Part shown: piece by piece, positions 43,276-53,140 of the stretch
Layout: each line of letters opens with the position of its first letter
Numbering within the stretch: position 1 is the first letter of the stretch
Assembly (NCBI RefSeq): GCF_006345805.1
Contig: NC_043012.1
Coordinates: 4,092,001 to 4,156,000 of the forward strand
Length of the DNA: 64,000 nt
From: Octopus sinensis
Taxonomy: Eukaryota
Direction: 5' to 3'
Program-made: the position numbers and the translations under genes
Notes under the pieces: generated by a model
Seen by the model: the letters and a program-made list of their open reading frames with translations, nothing else
Databases searched by the model: none
What the model was told of the DNA's origin: nothing

Positions 43276-43766
43276 CCAGGGATGTTTAATGCCGAAACTA
43301 CTGGCCTGCAATTCAGAGAAGGAAGTAGGTAGTACTGTTTGCGAATAGACATATGTGATGAGATGGACAATAAAATGTAAAGGGTCAAAACTGTAACAAT
43401 GGAATTAACCATTAAAACAAATTATTATTGAGAGCGATGCAGGTGGAGAAGACAGTTAAAAAAGGAAAAAAAAAAAAATAGCGTTTAGAGGTGGTAATTA
43501 GTTCGTTGCTACATAGTTTGAGTTCGATTCCCGCCGGGGATGAGCGAATCTTTTTTTTCTTTTTTTATCTTCCTTTCTGACTGACTACATCCATGAAATA
43601 AATACGAGTTAGATGATATTGAAAGCAGGGTTGATTCAATCGATTGTAATTCTTTACGAAAAGAACAAAATGTGAAGAAGAGAAAAAAAATGTAGTCTTG
43701 TAGCTTCATAATACAAATAAAATGATTTTCCTCCACACCAACAGTAAAACATCATCATTTACTTAC

Positions 43767-44413
43767 CTCGGGAAAGCATCAAAAAACCAAGTGCGTTTTG
43801 TATCCGGAAAAGCCAAACGTACACCAGAGGTAAGAGGCGAATGTAGGATAACAGCTCCAACTTCAAATCTTGAAGCGAGATCCACAGTAGGAACTGTACC
43901 TATACTTTGTCCGTACAAAATGACATTTTGTGGACTGATGCCATAACGAGTCCGCAGGGCTTGTAAAGCCGCATCAATATCCGAATAAAGATTTTTCTCC
44001 GAAGGTTTTCCTGAGCTAGCTCCATAGCCGGAATAATCGTAACTAAAGATATTACAGTTGATTCTAGATCCGAGTCCGATATAAAAACTACTCATTTGTC
44101 CTAAATCGACTGCATTTCCGTGGCTGAAAAGGAGAGTGAAACGAGCGTTGGGTGAACATCGAACAAACATACATGAGATTCTGTTTCCCCGTGTAGTTCT
44201 CGTCATGAATACTTCGATACAATCCAGTTCTTTTTGCGAATACTGCCACTCTGCTCTTTCTGTCAGATGCAAACTGTACCGTGAGCCTGTTTGGTCCGAT
44301 ACAAGAGAATATGTCGGTTCTGGAGGCAGAAACGCCAGTTTGGCAGCGATACGGGAGGGACATGGCGGACAGCAAAAAAGACAACAAAGCTCGCTGAGAG
44401 AGAGGCCGTTCAT
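43767..44413 (-). CDS. ABHD17: ABHD17-family alpha/beta-hydrolase (protein depalmitoylase), coding exon 1 (647 nt, ends in phase 2)
   Basis: ORF 43763-44413 reads [35 protein letters not shown]...[11 protein letters not shown]...YDYSGYG...GQSIGTVPT..., the ABHD17 signature with the N-terminal Cys cluster and nucleophile GxSxG. The ORF runs into a donor AG|GTAAGT at 43767/43766. The paralog letter (A/B/C) cannot be assigned for an invertebrate. Confidence 0.97.
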
Positions 44414-44932
44414 ACCTTAGGTTTGGGGCCTAAGCAAATGGTAAAAAAAAAAAAAAAATGAACAAACCAGGCTGTTGAGTACAGACTAAGCAGGCACACA
44501 GCCACTTTTAAGACAACCACGACAACGTAATGTAGAACATTCAATTCACAAAGTATTCCTAGACATGAGACGTATTCAACTGGAAGCGAGTAAGACGACT
44601 ATTCAATATGACGTCACATGCCATCGACGGGAAAACGAGTTCGACTGCATATCTCCCAAATCCACATCCGGTATTTCCTAATAGTCAAAAAGAAAAAAAA
44701 CAACAGGTTTTTATCAAAATAAAATAATTAGTGAAATATTACGAAAGAAAGATAGAATAAAAATATCAAAGCGAATTCGTGATGTTAAATTAAGAATATT
44801 CTTTAAAAAAAAAAAAATATTTCCGGGCTACTTGTGCATCACGTCACTTCCGTAATGTAGTGTCCATTAGGGGAAGCACATGGTAAATCTTGGCTCCAGA
44901 TTCTTTTACAAAAATAACAACAAAAATTTAAG
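44414..44932. promoter_or_regulatory. Bidirectional promoter / 5' UTR region shared by ABHD17 and C9orf85-like
   Basis: 519 bp between divergent ATGs. CRE palindrome TGACGTCA at 44609-44616; ETS-type sites ACATCCGG at 44664-44671 and TTCCGG at 44821-44826; overlapping CRE-half/ETS composite ACGTCACTTCCG at 44841-44852. TSS positions cannot be read from sequence. Confidence 0.75.
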
Positions 44933-45141
44933 ATGAGTTCACAGAAAGGTAATGTGAAGAAAGCTGGCCCACCCCGTCACAGAAACAACACAGCTTTTAG
45001 AAATAATTTACACGATAACAGTATCAAACAGAAAATGATAAATTCTTTGGAAATTACTGGATTGTGTGATTCGTGTACTAGAGTGATTGAATGGAAAATA
45101 AAATATAAAAAGTACAAACCTCTCACAAATCCTAAAACTTG
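44933..45141 (+). CDS. C9orf85: C9orf85-like (DUF2039, Cys-pair) protein, first coding exon (209 nt, phase 2; remaining exons not found in window)
   Basis: MSSQKGNVKKAGPPRHRNNTAFRNNLHDNSIKQKMINSLEITGLCDSCTRVIEWKIKYKKYKPLTNPKT(C) matches the C9orf85 N-terminus as I recall it (MSSQKGNV..., CxxC, EWxxKYxKYKPL). Ends TG|GTAAGC, splitting the next conserved Cys codon. Confidence 0.9.
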
Positions 45142-45769
45142 GTAAGCACAATTCTCGTAACTTTACGTCTTTTATTCTTCGTATTTAAATTTGTGAATTT
45201 GCATCTATTTCTCTTCTCTTTCATTAAATTCAATCAAATTTCTAAAAATATTTCACTGCTTTTGAAATTGTTGAAAATTGCAGCAATAGTCGACTCCGAC
45301 TTTCATTTCCATAAGAGCACCAATAAGAATATTGTAATATATTCAAATGATCGTATATTATCCCTGAGTGAGACATTTTAGTTTACACACCTTTTCGACC
45401 AAATATGACTCTTCCCACAGAGACAGCCACTAGGAATTTTAACTGAGAAATGCCATGTGTACACTAAGCATTCCGTATTCTTTAAAAAGCATCGGTCGAT
45501 GAATTAACTACCACTTAAGCACGGGGTTATTGTAAACGACTATTTTATATATAAGTATAAGGCTTATTATAGGCTTTATGCCTATAATAGAAAATATTAC
45601 TACTCTAATAAGTTAGACAAACAATCGAAAAGAGCTTCCATTAACAATAGTTTCGCAGCCAAAATCTAAATACGAATATGAACTAGATTATTCTGATGTA
45701 GCCTTTGTTATCTCTCCAATAACGACTGTCACCTTCTTGGGTTAACAAACCGTTTACGAGCCAACGTGA

Positions 45770-46620
45770 TCGATCTATTAGAAATAACGGTAAATTTATG
45801 GTTTCACACCAGACTCGATTTCGGCACTAAATCGTTTTTTTTCCCGCACGTGTGGTGTCAACAAAATTTTCTTCGTGGTTTATCATGTAACGTTGATAAC
45901 CCAATGTTTGTATATCTTTCTAAGCCTCCCATGAATCACTAGATAACTGAGCCAGGTTTGATGTATTTTTGAATTAGTGGCAACCACGTCGCTTTGTCAC
46001 GCTTCTGACCAGTCGGAAGAACAACAAAGCGACATTTGGTGTGTGAAACTATAAATTTACCGAAATAACAGCCAAATCTCCATATCCGACTGTCTTAAAA
46101 ATGAACACATTGTGGGTCTGTATGTATTGTGTCTAAACATGACAAGACTGACTCTTCGATAATGAAGCAACAGGTGATCTGATTTGCTAGAAATAGTCAC
46201 ACCCCCCTCACAAACTGCTCCCCGACGCATTACTTAAGGAAAGATACATGGAATAATGGGCACCCATATAATTATAAAAGACTGGGTGATCACGGATAGA
46301 ATGCCTTTGGTTATAGGTCTGCTCGATTAGGCTTCATTTGGGGTTAAATAACAGCCCTTTAATAAATGCTTTCAAGTCTAGAAGGAGGCGATATTCTGAC
46401 AATATATATAACCTATACCTCCAAATGATTGCTCGATCGTTTAGAAATAGCAGTCAACTCTTCCTCAAATCACAAACCACTGTTCCAAACAAGACAGGAT
46501 GCATTGGATAGTAGGAGCATTAAGTCTTAACAAAAAGGAAGACAGGTTTGTCATGGTTGGAATACCTTTCATTGATCAGCTCGACCAAAGGCAATCCAGG
46601 AGCGAAAATAAATATTAACA
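45770..46620 (+). repeat. Cluster of an unclassified short interspersed repeat (core GCTAGAAATAGCAGCCAAATCT...GGAATGCCTTTGATCATAGG)
   Basis: About four tandem degenerate copies here. Further copies at about 8488, 11066, 18345, 40086, 58348 (+) and about 47520, 47750, 49530, 55975, 56155, 56740, 62820 (-). Confidence 0.7.
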
Positions 46621-46739
46621 GCGTCACATAAGAAAGGTGTTCATCCGGAGACAACTACACGTCTAATATTACATATTCTCTGCATTTGTTTATAAACATA
46701 GCATATTATTTACTATTACTTAGGTTGAAAGTGATTGTT

Positions 46740-46995
46740 TGGTAGAATTTAAGTCCTGCTGTGTAGCACCTTAAGCAAGTGTCTTCTACTATAACCTCGG
46801 GTCGACCAAAGCCTTGTAACTGGATCTGGTAGAGGGAAACTGAAAAAAGCTCATCATATATACATGTGTGTGTGTTTGTCCTCCCAGCACTACTTGATAA
46901 CATGTGTTGGTGTGTTATTTACATACCTGTGCAACAAAAGAGATTGACTAAAATTCTTCAAGGCATGACAGCAGTCTAATGACTGAAACAATTAA
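46740..46995 (+). mobile_element. Octopus tRNA-derived SINE, decayed
   Basis: GCAAGTGTCTTCTACTATAACCTCGGGTCGACCAAAGCCTTG block. Confidence 0.7.
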
Positions 46996-48007
46996 GAGAT
47001 AAGACAAAAAAAAAAAAAGATAACCTAAAGATGTGAGGACAGCACCTTTTTGCAGTTTTCGTTTTGGCTCTACTTTTAGACTTCGAGGTCAGCTTTGTCT
47101 TTTACCCTTCCGGGTTCGATGACCTCGACTAATCCCCTTCTTTTTTTAATTTGATGGCCTTTTGCCTGGTTGACATTTATTTTATTATGTGTTTTCATGT
47201 ATAAAGTATAAAGTAGTTTTTTGATTACATTGCAGTTTATTGATTGTCTTTGTACAAACTGCGAACTGTTACTTAGCTTCCAGTAAAGTTTGTAATACAC
47301 TGGACCTGATGTTTGTTTTCAAGTGATATTCTGGACTAAACATTTTGAATTGTTAAAAATCGATTAAATGCTATCTGACCATATTGCTTTGACGGTTTCA
47401 ACTGGTTACTTAAAGCCCCTGAGAGCCCTGATCAAAGGCAGAAAATGTATGCATTTTTTAAAGGCAATATGAGTGTGCATGCAGAGTGTCTTTCTCCTTT
47501 TATGGTTTGATTTGAGGGAGATTTGGTTCTTATTTCTAGCAGATCGAGCGACCACACGTAGAAGTTCCCTTGTTAGCGTTAACTGGTGTTGGGATTATTT
47601 TTAGCTCAAGTCAGCTCTATTCAAGCAGGTCTTTTATCAAAGGCGTTCCAGCTTCAAGCATCCCGTCGTTTTTGCATATTCCGCAATGATTTGTCCAAAC
47701 ACCATTTCCTTTTTATTTATTTATTTGATAGTAGAGTGTGATCTGTGAAGGGTTTAGCTGCTATTTCTAGCAAATTAGCTTACCATAAAGATACTTACCT
47801 TGTCTAAACTTCGTCGCTTCTTTAAAATACTAAGAGTGGACAGATGTGTTTATCTAATGTTAGCTCCTAATCGGGTTTTCTTTTCAAATGAACTGTAAAT
47901 AGTATTATGAGAATGAATTGACTTAATACAGACGACAATCTTCATTAATTGTCATTGTATTAAGTTTCGTCATTAAGAAACATTTTCAGATTAATGTTGG
48001 TATTTTA

Positions 48008-48632
48008 TCTTTTACTTTTTTCAGTTATTGGACAGTGGTTATTCTGGAGTTCTGTCTTGAAGGGTTTAATCCACTGTTTCTCAACCGTTTTCTACTTTTA
48101 GACCCCCTTGATTCCTATGTTACTCAGATGGACCCTCATAGCCATTTGATGTTTAAAAAACCCTATTATATTTTGTATGATTAAATGTTAAAAACTGTAT
48201 TAAAAACTTGAAATATTTTGTGCTCTAGAAGTATAACCATTTTATTGCACATAAATTTTAACTATCTTATGCGCCCACCCCCCGGGGGTCATATGCCTCC
48301 CCCACTCCCCGTTGAGAGCCACAGGTTTAGTCGAACAAATCGACCCCAGTGCTGATTTTTTAACACTTGGTACTTATTCCCCCTGTCTCTTTTTCTGAAC
48401 TGCTAAATTATGGGAAGTAAACAAACCAACAACAGGTTGTCAAGTGGTCGTGTGGGACAAACATAACATAACATGACACACACACACACTAAGGGGAGTT
48501 TCTTTCAGTTTTATAAGGCTATGGTCTGCCCCAGGCTATAGTAGAAGACACTTGCCTAAGGTGTCACATAATGGCACTGAACTCAAGACTACATGGTTGG
48601 GGAATCAAGTTTTGTAACTACAAGCTGCACCT
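48008..48632 (-). mobile_element. Octopus SINE interrupted by a hAT-type MITE
   Basis: SINE tail at 48008-48071 continues at 48325 (GTTTAGTCGAACAAATCGACCCC). Confidence 0.75.
48072..48324. mobile_element. hAT (Charlie-like) MITE, 253 bp, 8-bp TSD
   Basis: Ends CACTGTTTCTCAAC ... GTTGAGAGCCACAG; TSD GTTTAATC (48064-48071) / GTTTAGTC (48325-48332). Confidence 0.8.
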
Positions 48633-48707
48633 GTGTTTTTATTAATGATCACTCATATATTTTTCAAGATTAAGAGACTCATTTTGTTTTTGTTTTTTTC
48701 TCCTACA

Positions 48708-49220
48708 TCATCATCGTTTAACGTCTGCTTTCCATGCTAGCATGGGTTGGACGGTTTGACTGAGGACCGGTGAACCAGATGGCTGCACCAGGCTCCAATG
48801 TGATCTGGCAGAGTTTCTACAGTTGGATGCCCTTCCTAACATCAACCACTCCAAGAGTGTAGTGGGTGCTTTTACATGCCAGTCAAGTGGTACTGGCAAT
48901 GGCCACACTCAAGTCGTGTTTTTTATGTGCCACCAGCACAAATGCCAGTAAGGTGATGCTGGTAACGATCACGTTTGAATGCTGCTTTTTACGTGCCACC
49001 GGCACAGAAGCCAGTCAGCTGCTATGGCAGCGACCACACTCGTATGATGCTCTTAGTGTCCCACTGGCACAGGTGCCAATCATTGAATTTGTGAATTTTT
49101 TTTTATTTCAATTTCACTTGCCTCAACAGGTCTTCGCAAGCAGAGCTTAGTGTCCACTGAAGGAAAGGTACGCATAAGTGGCTGGTTACACCCCTGGCAT
49201 AGGCCACGGGTTATGGGATC
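48708..49220 (-). mobile_element. RTE 3'-UTR-only element (same subfamily as 19125-19685); another tail fragment follows at about 49220-49345
   Basis: CATCATCATCGTTTAACGTC tail; far end reads GCCACGGGTTATGGGATCT, the reverse complement of the UTR start. Confidence 0.8.
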
Positions 49221-50269
49221 TTTCCATGCTGGTGTGGGTTGGATGACTTGATAGGAGCTGGCAATGTTAGGGGCTACATCAGGCTCCATAGTCTGCTTTT
49301 GGCTTGGTTTCTACAGCTGATACCGTTCCTGACATCAGCCACTTTAGTGTGTTCTTGATGCTTTTTATGTGGAATCTTGGTTTTATTTCAATCATTGGAC
49401 TGTGGCTATACTGGAGCACTGCTTTGAAGGCTGTGACCAAACAAATCAACCCCAATATTTATTTTTTAAGTCTGGTACATATTCTGTTGGTTTCTTTTGC
49501 CAAACCACTTTTTATTAGAAGGGACATTTGGTTACTATTTCTAGTATGTTAAGTGATAACATAGTGGTTTTCTCATTTGGCTTGCTAGAAAAGTCATTTT
49601 TCTATGAAGAAGGGACTATTTCAGGACCTTAGTCAGGTGAGAGTTGGGAATCTTATATGCAATTATCTTTTAAGAACAGACTGCTGGTTGTAAAAGGAAT
49701 ATATTGGTAGGGAGTAGGTTTTGAAAGCCTTATAATTCTGTGGTTAGGAGAGCCATCTATATTAATTGGTGTGAAGCTTTAGTGGTGGACTGGACCATTT
49801 CAGAGATAAGTATCATTTGCTTTGGCGGCAAAGAGCTTCTGTATGGTTGGCCCAAAATGAAATCAGCATGGAAAATGGGTGTTAAATGATGATGATGATG
49901 ATGATGATGAATACTGCTGCTCTAGATACACTGTGGTTGTGATTAAAAAACCAAAAAAACCCTTTGATGATCATTATGGATGGAATACCTTTGATCATAG
50001 GTGTTGGTTGGTTGGCATCCTTTTTGTCTCGGGAGACAATGGAGTTGTGCATAAAGTAGTCTAGTCCGGCTTTTACATTTCATGTCCTGATACATTTCCT
50101 GCTGTGGCTGTGTAGTCCTATCCTGGACAAACACTCCGAGAGATAAACAAGAGCAGAGTTTGTGACAAGATGGCTTAACAACATGCGTTTAACATAGGAA
50201 CTTCATGCACAGACACACAATTGCCAATACAATATCATAATCTCTTTTTCTCCCCATCTCTCTCTATAT

Positions 50270-50640
50270 ATATGTGTGTGTGAGCATATGGTCAAGAAGT
50301 TTATTCTCCAAGTATGTGTTTTTAGGTTCAGTCTTACTGTTTGGCACATTGGGCTAGTGTCTTCTACAGCCCTGGGCCAACCAAAGCCTTGTGAATGGAT
50401 TTGGTGGACAGGAACTGAGAGAAGACCGTTATATGTGTTTGTCTACATTTGCAGTTCCTTGTATGAAAATGCAGGAAGCAGTGTTATTGGTAGTTTCGCT
50501 TGTCAACAAATCGTCTGATATAAACAGAATAAAGGATCCCTTACTTGAAAAACAAATAAGGGTTTGTGTCATGAAGAGCAACCAGCTGTAAACAATGCCT
50601 CAAGTAACATATTTGTCCTTCTCGTGCCAGTATGGAGAAA
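50270..50640 (+). mobile_element. Octopus SINE (decayed) with RTE-type tail
   Basis: Head GGTCAAGAAGTTT...GGTTCAGTC; AAAGCCTTGTGAATGGATTTGG block. Confidence 0.6.
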
Positions 50641-50774
50641 AATGGGTGTAAATATGAATGAATGAACCACCACCTAGTCCATTCTGTCACTTGCATTTTG
50701 ATCAGATCTCCAGGTTATCCTTCAGTCTTGCTATGGGTACTGTCCTTACATCTTTATGTTACCTCTTTTTTTTT

Positions 50775-51185
50775 TATCTCTTACTTGTTTCAGTCATGCT
50801 GGGGCACTACCTTGAAGAATTTTAGTCAATCTCTTTTGCTGCAGCATTAAGTTACAGGGATGTAAACACACCAACACCTGTTGTCAAGCAATGGTGGGAG
50901 GACAAACACAGATACAGATATGAGCTTTTTTCATTTCCCTCTACCAGATCCAGTCACAGGGCTTTGGTTGGCCTGAGACTACACTCTTGCTTGTTTCAGT
51001 CATTTGACTGTGGCCATGCTGGGGCACTGCCTTTAGTCGAGCAAATCAACCCCAGGACTTATTCTTTGTAAGCCTAGTACTTATTCTATCGGTCTCTTTT
51101 GCTGAACTGCTAAGTTACAGGGATGCAAACACACCAGCATCGGTTGTCAAGCGATGTTGGGGGGGTAAACACGCACACACACATG

Positions 51186-51232
<47 letters not shown>

Positions 51233-51472
51233 GATGGGCTTCTTTCAGTTTCTGTCTACCAAATCCACTCACAAGGCTTTGGTCGGCCCGAGGCTATAGT
51301 TAGAAGACACTTGCCCAAGGTGCCACGCAGTGGGACTGAACCCAGAACCATGTGGTTGGTAAGCAAGCTACTTACCACAAAACATTTGCCTAAGGTGCCA
51401 TGCAGTGGGACTGAACCTGGTACCGTGTGGTTGGGAAGCAAGCTTCTTACCACACAGCCGCACCTGCACCTG
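50775..51472 (-). mobile_element. Nested SINEs: younger copy (about 50987-51379) inserted into an older copy (50775-50985 and 51380-51472)
   Basis: Two tails and two heads of different subtypes (GTAAGCAAGCTACTTACC vs GGGAAGCAAGCTTCTTACC); the older copy resumes where it was interrupted. Confidence 0.75.
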
Positions 51473-51559
51473 TAAAATAAAATGATAATAAATAACAAGG
51501 TAACAGAGAAATGTGATTCAAGAAAGTAGGTATGTTGTTAGATTTCTAGTCTAAGAAAA

Positions 51560-51905
51560 TGATCCCTGTGTACCTTCCTCATTGTCTGCAGACCACTTTC
51601 TCCAGAATTCCCTTTCGTGCGTAGCTCTTGGTTGTTAGCTCTTCAGTAGACCAGAGTCTTCAAACAGTTGGTCGATGAATGTTTTAACAGGATGACCCCT
51701 AGGCCACTTTCCATGTATTGGTTCCCACTTCGTCATTTCACTCACTACTTCATCTCTGCTACGAAAGCAAAGAAGAAAATGATAAATTTCCTCATAACAT
51801 TGTTTTAATGTCTGCTTATCTATGCTGACATGTATTGGAGGGAACTTTTTGAGATGGTGTTTTATGGTCAGCTGTCCATTTATACACCAACCATTTTTAA
51901 TCACT
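51560..51905 (-). mobile_element. Old RTE-clade LINE C-terminal fragment
   Basis: ORF 51635-51904: CFRSRDEVVSEMTKWEPIHGKWPRGHPVKTFIDQLFEDSGL, resembling the RTE W.P.HGKR.RGRP.KT motif. Confidence 0.7.
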
Positions 51906-52949
51906 CTTTACAGCATGCAGTGAGTGATAACAATATGTCGATTCTTAAAACCAGGATACACATAGTATTAACAGATTTAGCGGAATATGAAGCAAAATTT
52001 TAAAGATTGATTTTAGCTTCACCTGCTTATGTAATTGAATGGATGTTTCTTTCTTTCATTGATTTATCATGAAGTCTATAATATGTTACCTGTAACTATG
52101 CTAATTGGAGTGCTGTTCCTTATCATTTATGACAATGATTATATCAGTGCAAAGTAATCGCATGCAGTGATTCACTTTTTCTTCATTGATTCTTTCACAA
52201 GATTTGATCTTGGTTAGAATGCTCCATTTTAAGTCACTCACCTTCTTTTAGTATTTGTTATATCGATCGTTAATTGGATCAGGGCCACATCAGTACTTCG
52301 TTCAGGATTACAACAGCATAGTGCTTGTAATGGAGGGAAACAGCCTTCCAATATTTCATCCTCCAATGCAGTTGCACCAGTCTTGCCTCCTTCAACATCA
52401 AAAACACAATTATTTACATATCAAGAAGACTTTATCCTGCCTCACTACCATATAAGCAGCATGCAACTGAAGCCCTTGGGGTTACTCCAAATGTTAGTCT
52501 TCTCTATTACTGAGGGTCTCTCCTTGCAAACACACATTATTTACAAAGCAGAGATTGCACCTCAATGACTAGTCTTTCTCTTTAGGGACAGAAAATAACT
52601 CCAGCCCCTAATAACTACTAATCCTCTACAATGCTTAACTGAGACTACTAAATGGGGGAATGCTATTCCCACATCAGTTCTCAATTTTACTGGTAATAGG
52701 GGCCTGTGGAAAGCCATCAGTACAGCTTCTTCCCCAAAAGTTACTTTTGTTACTGTATAGTTATAAGTTCAATTCCATTGCATGGCACGTTGGTCAAGTG
52801 TCTTCTACTATAGCCTCAGGCTGGCCAAAGCCTTGTGAGTGGATTTGGCAGATGGAAACTGAAAGAAGCCCATCTCATTTGTATATATATATGTGTGTGT
52901 GTATATATATATATATATAATCATCGCTTAACGTCCATTTTCCATGCTG

Positions 52950-53107
52950 GCATGGGTTGGACAGTTCAACTGGGGTCTGGGAGGCCAGGAGGCTGCACCA
53001 GACCCCAATCTGATCTGGAAGTGTTTCTGCAGCTGGATGCCCTTCCTAATGCCAACCACTCCGAGAGTGTAGTGGGTGCTTTTTACGTGTCACGTATGTA
53101 TGTATTT

Positions 53108-53140
<33 letters not shown>

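Larger units (their letters stand above)
3917..43766 (-). other. ABHD17: ABHD17 intron, 39,850 bp, GT-AG, phase 2
   Basis: Donor GTAAGT at 43766-43761 and pyrimidine-tract acceptor CCAG at 3917; joining restores the conserved AFPS-IDK sequence. No intervening coding exon is needed. Confidence 0.93.

Noticed and set aside
43490-43560. tRNA-like B-box GAGTTCGATTCCC
   Set aside because: No cloverleaf or acceptor stem; it is followed by SINE body sequence, so it is a SINE head, not a tRNA gene.
44088-44420. Overlapping alternative-frame and antisense ORFs (99 aa, 94 aa) within ABHD17 exon 1
   Set aside because: Shadow ORFs expected in GC-richer coding sequence; no family resemblance.
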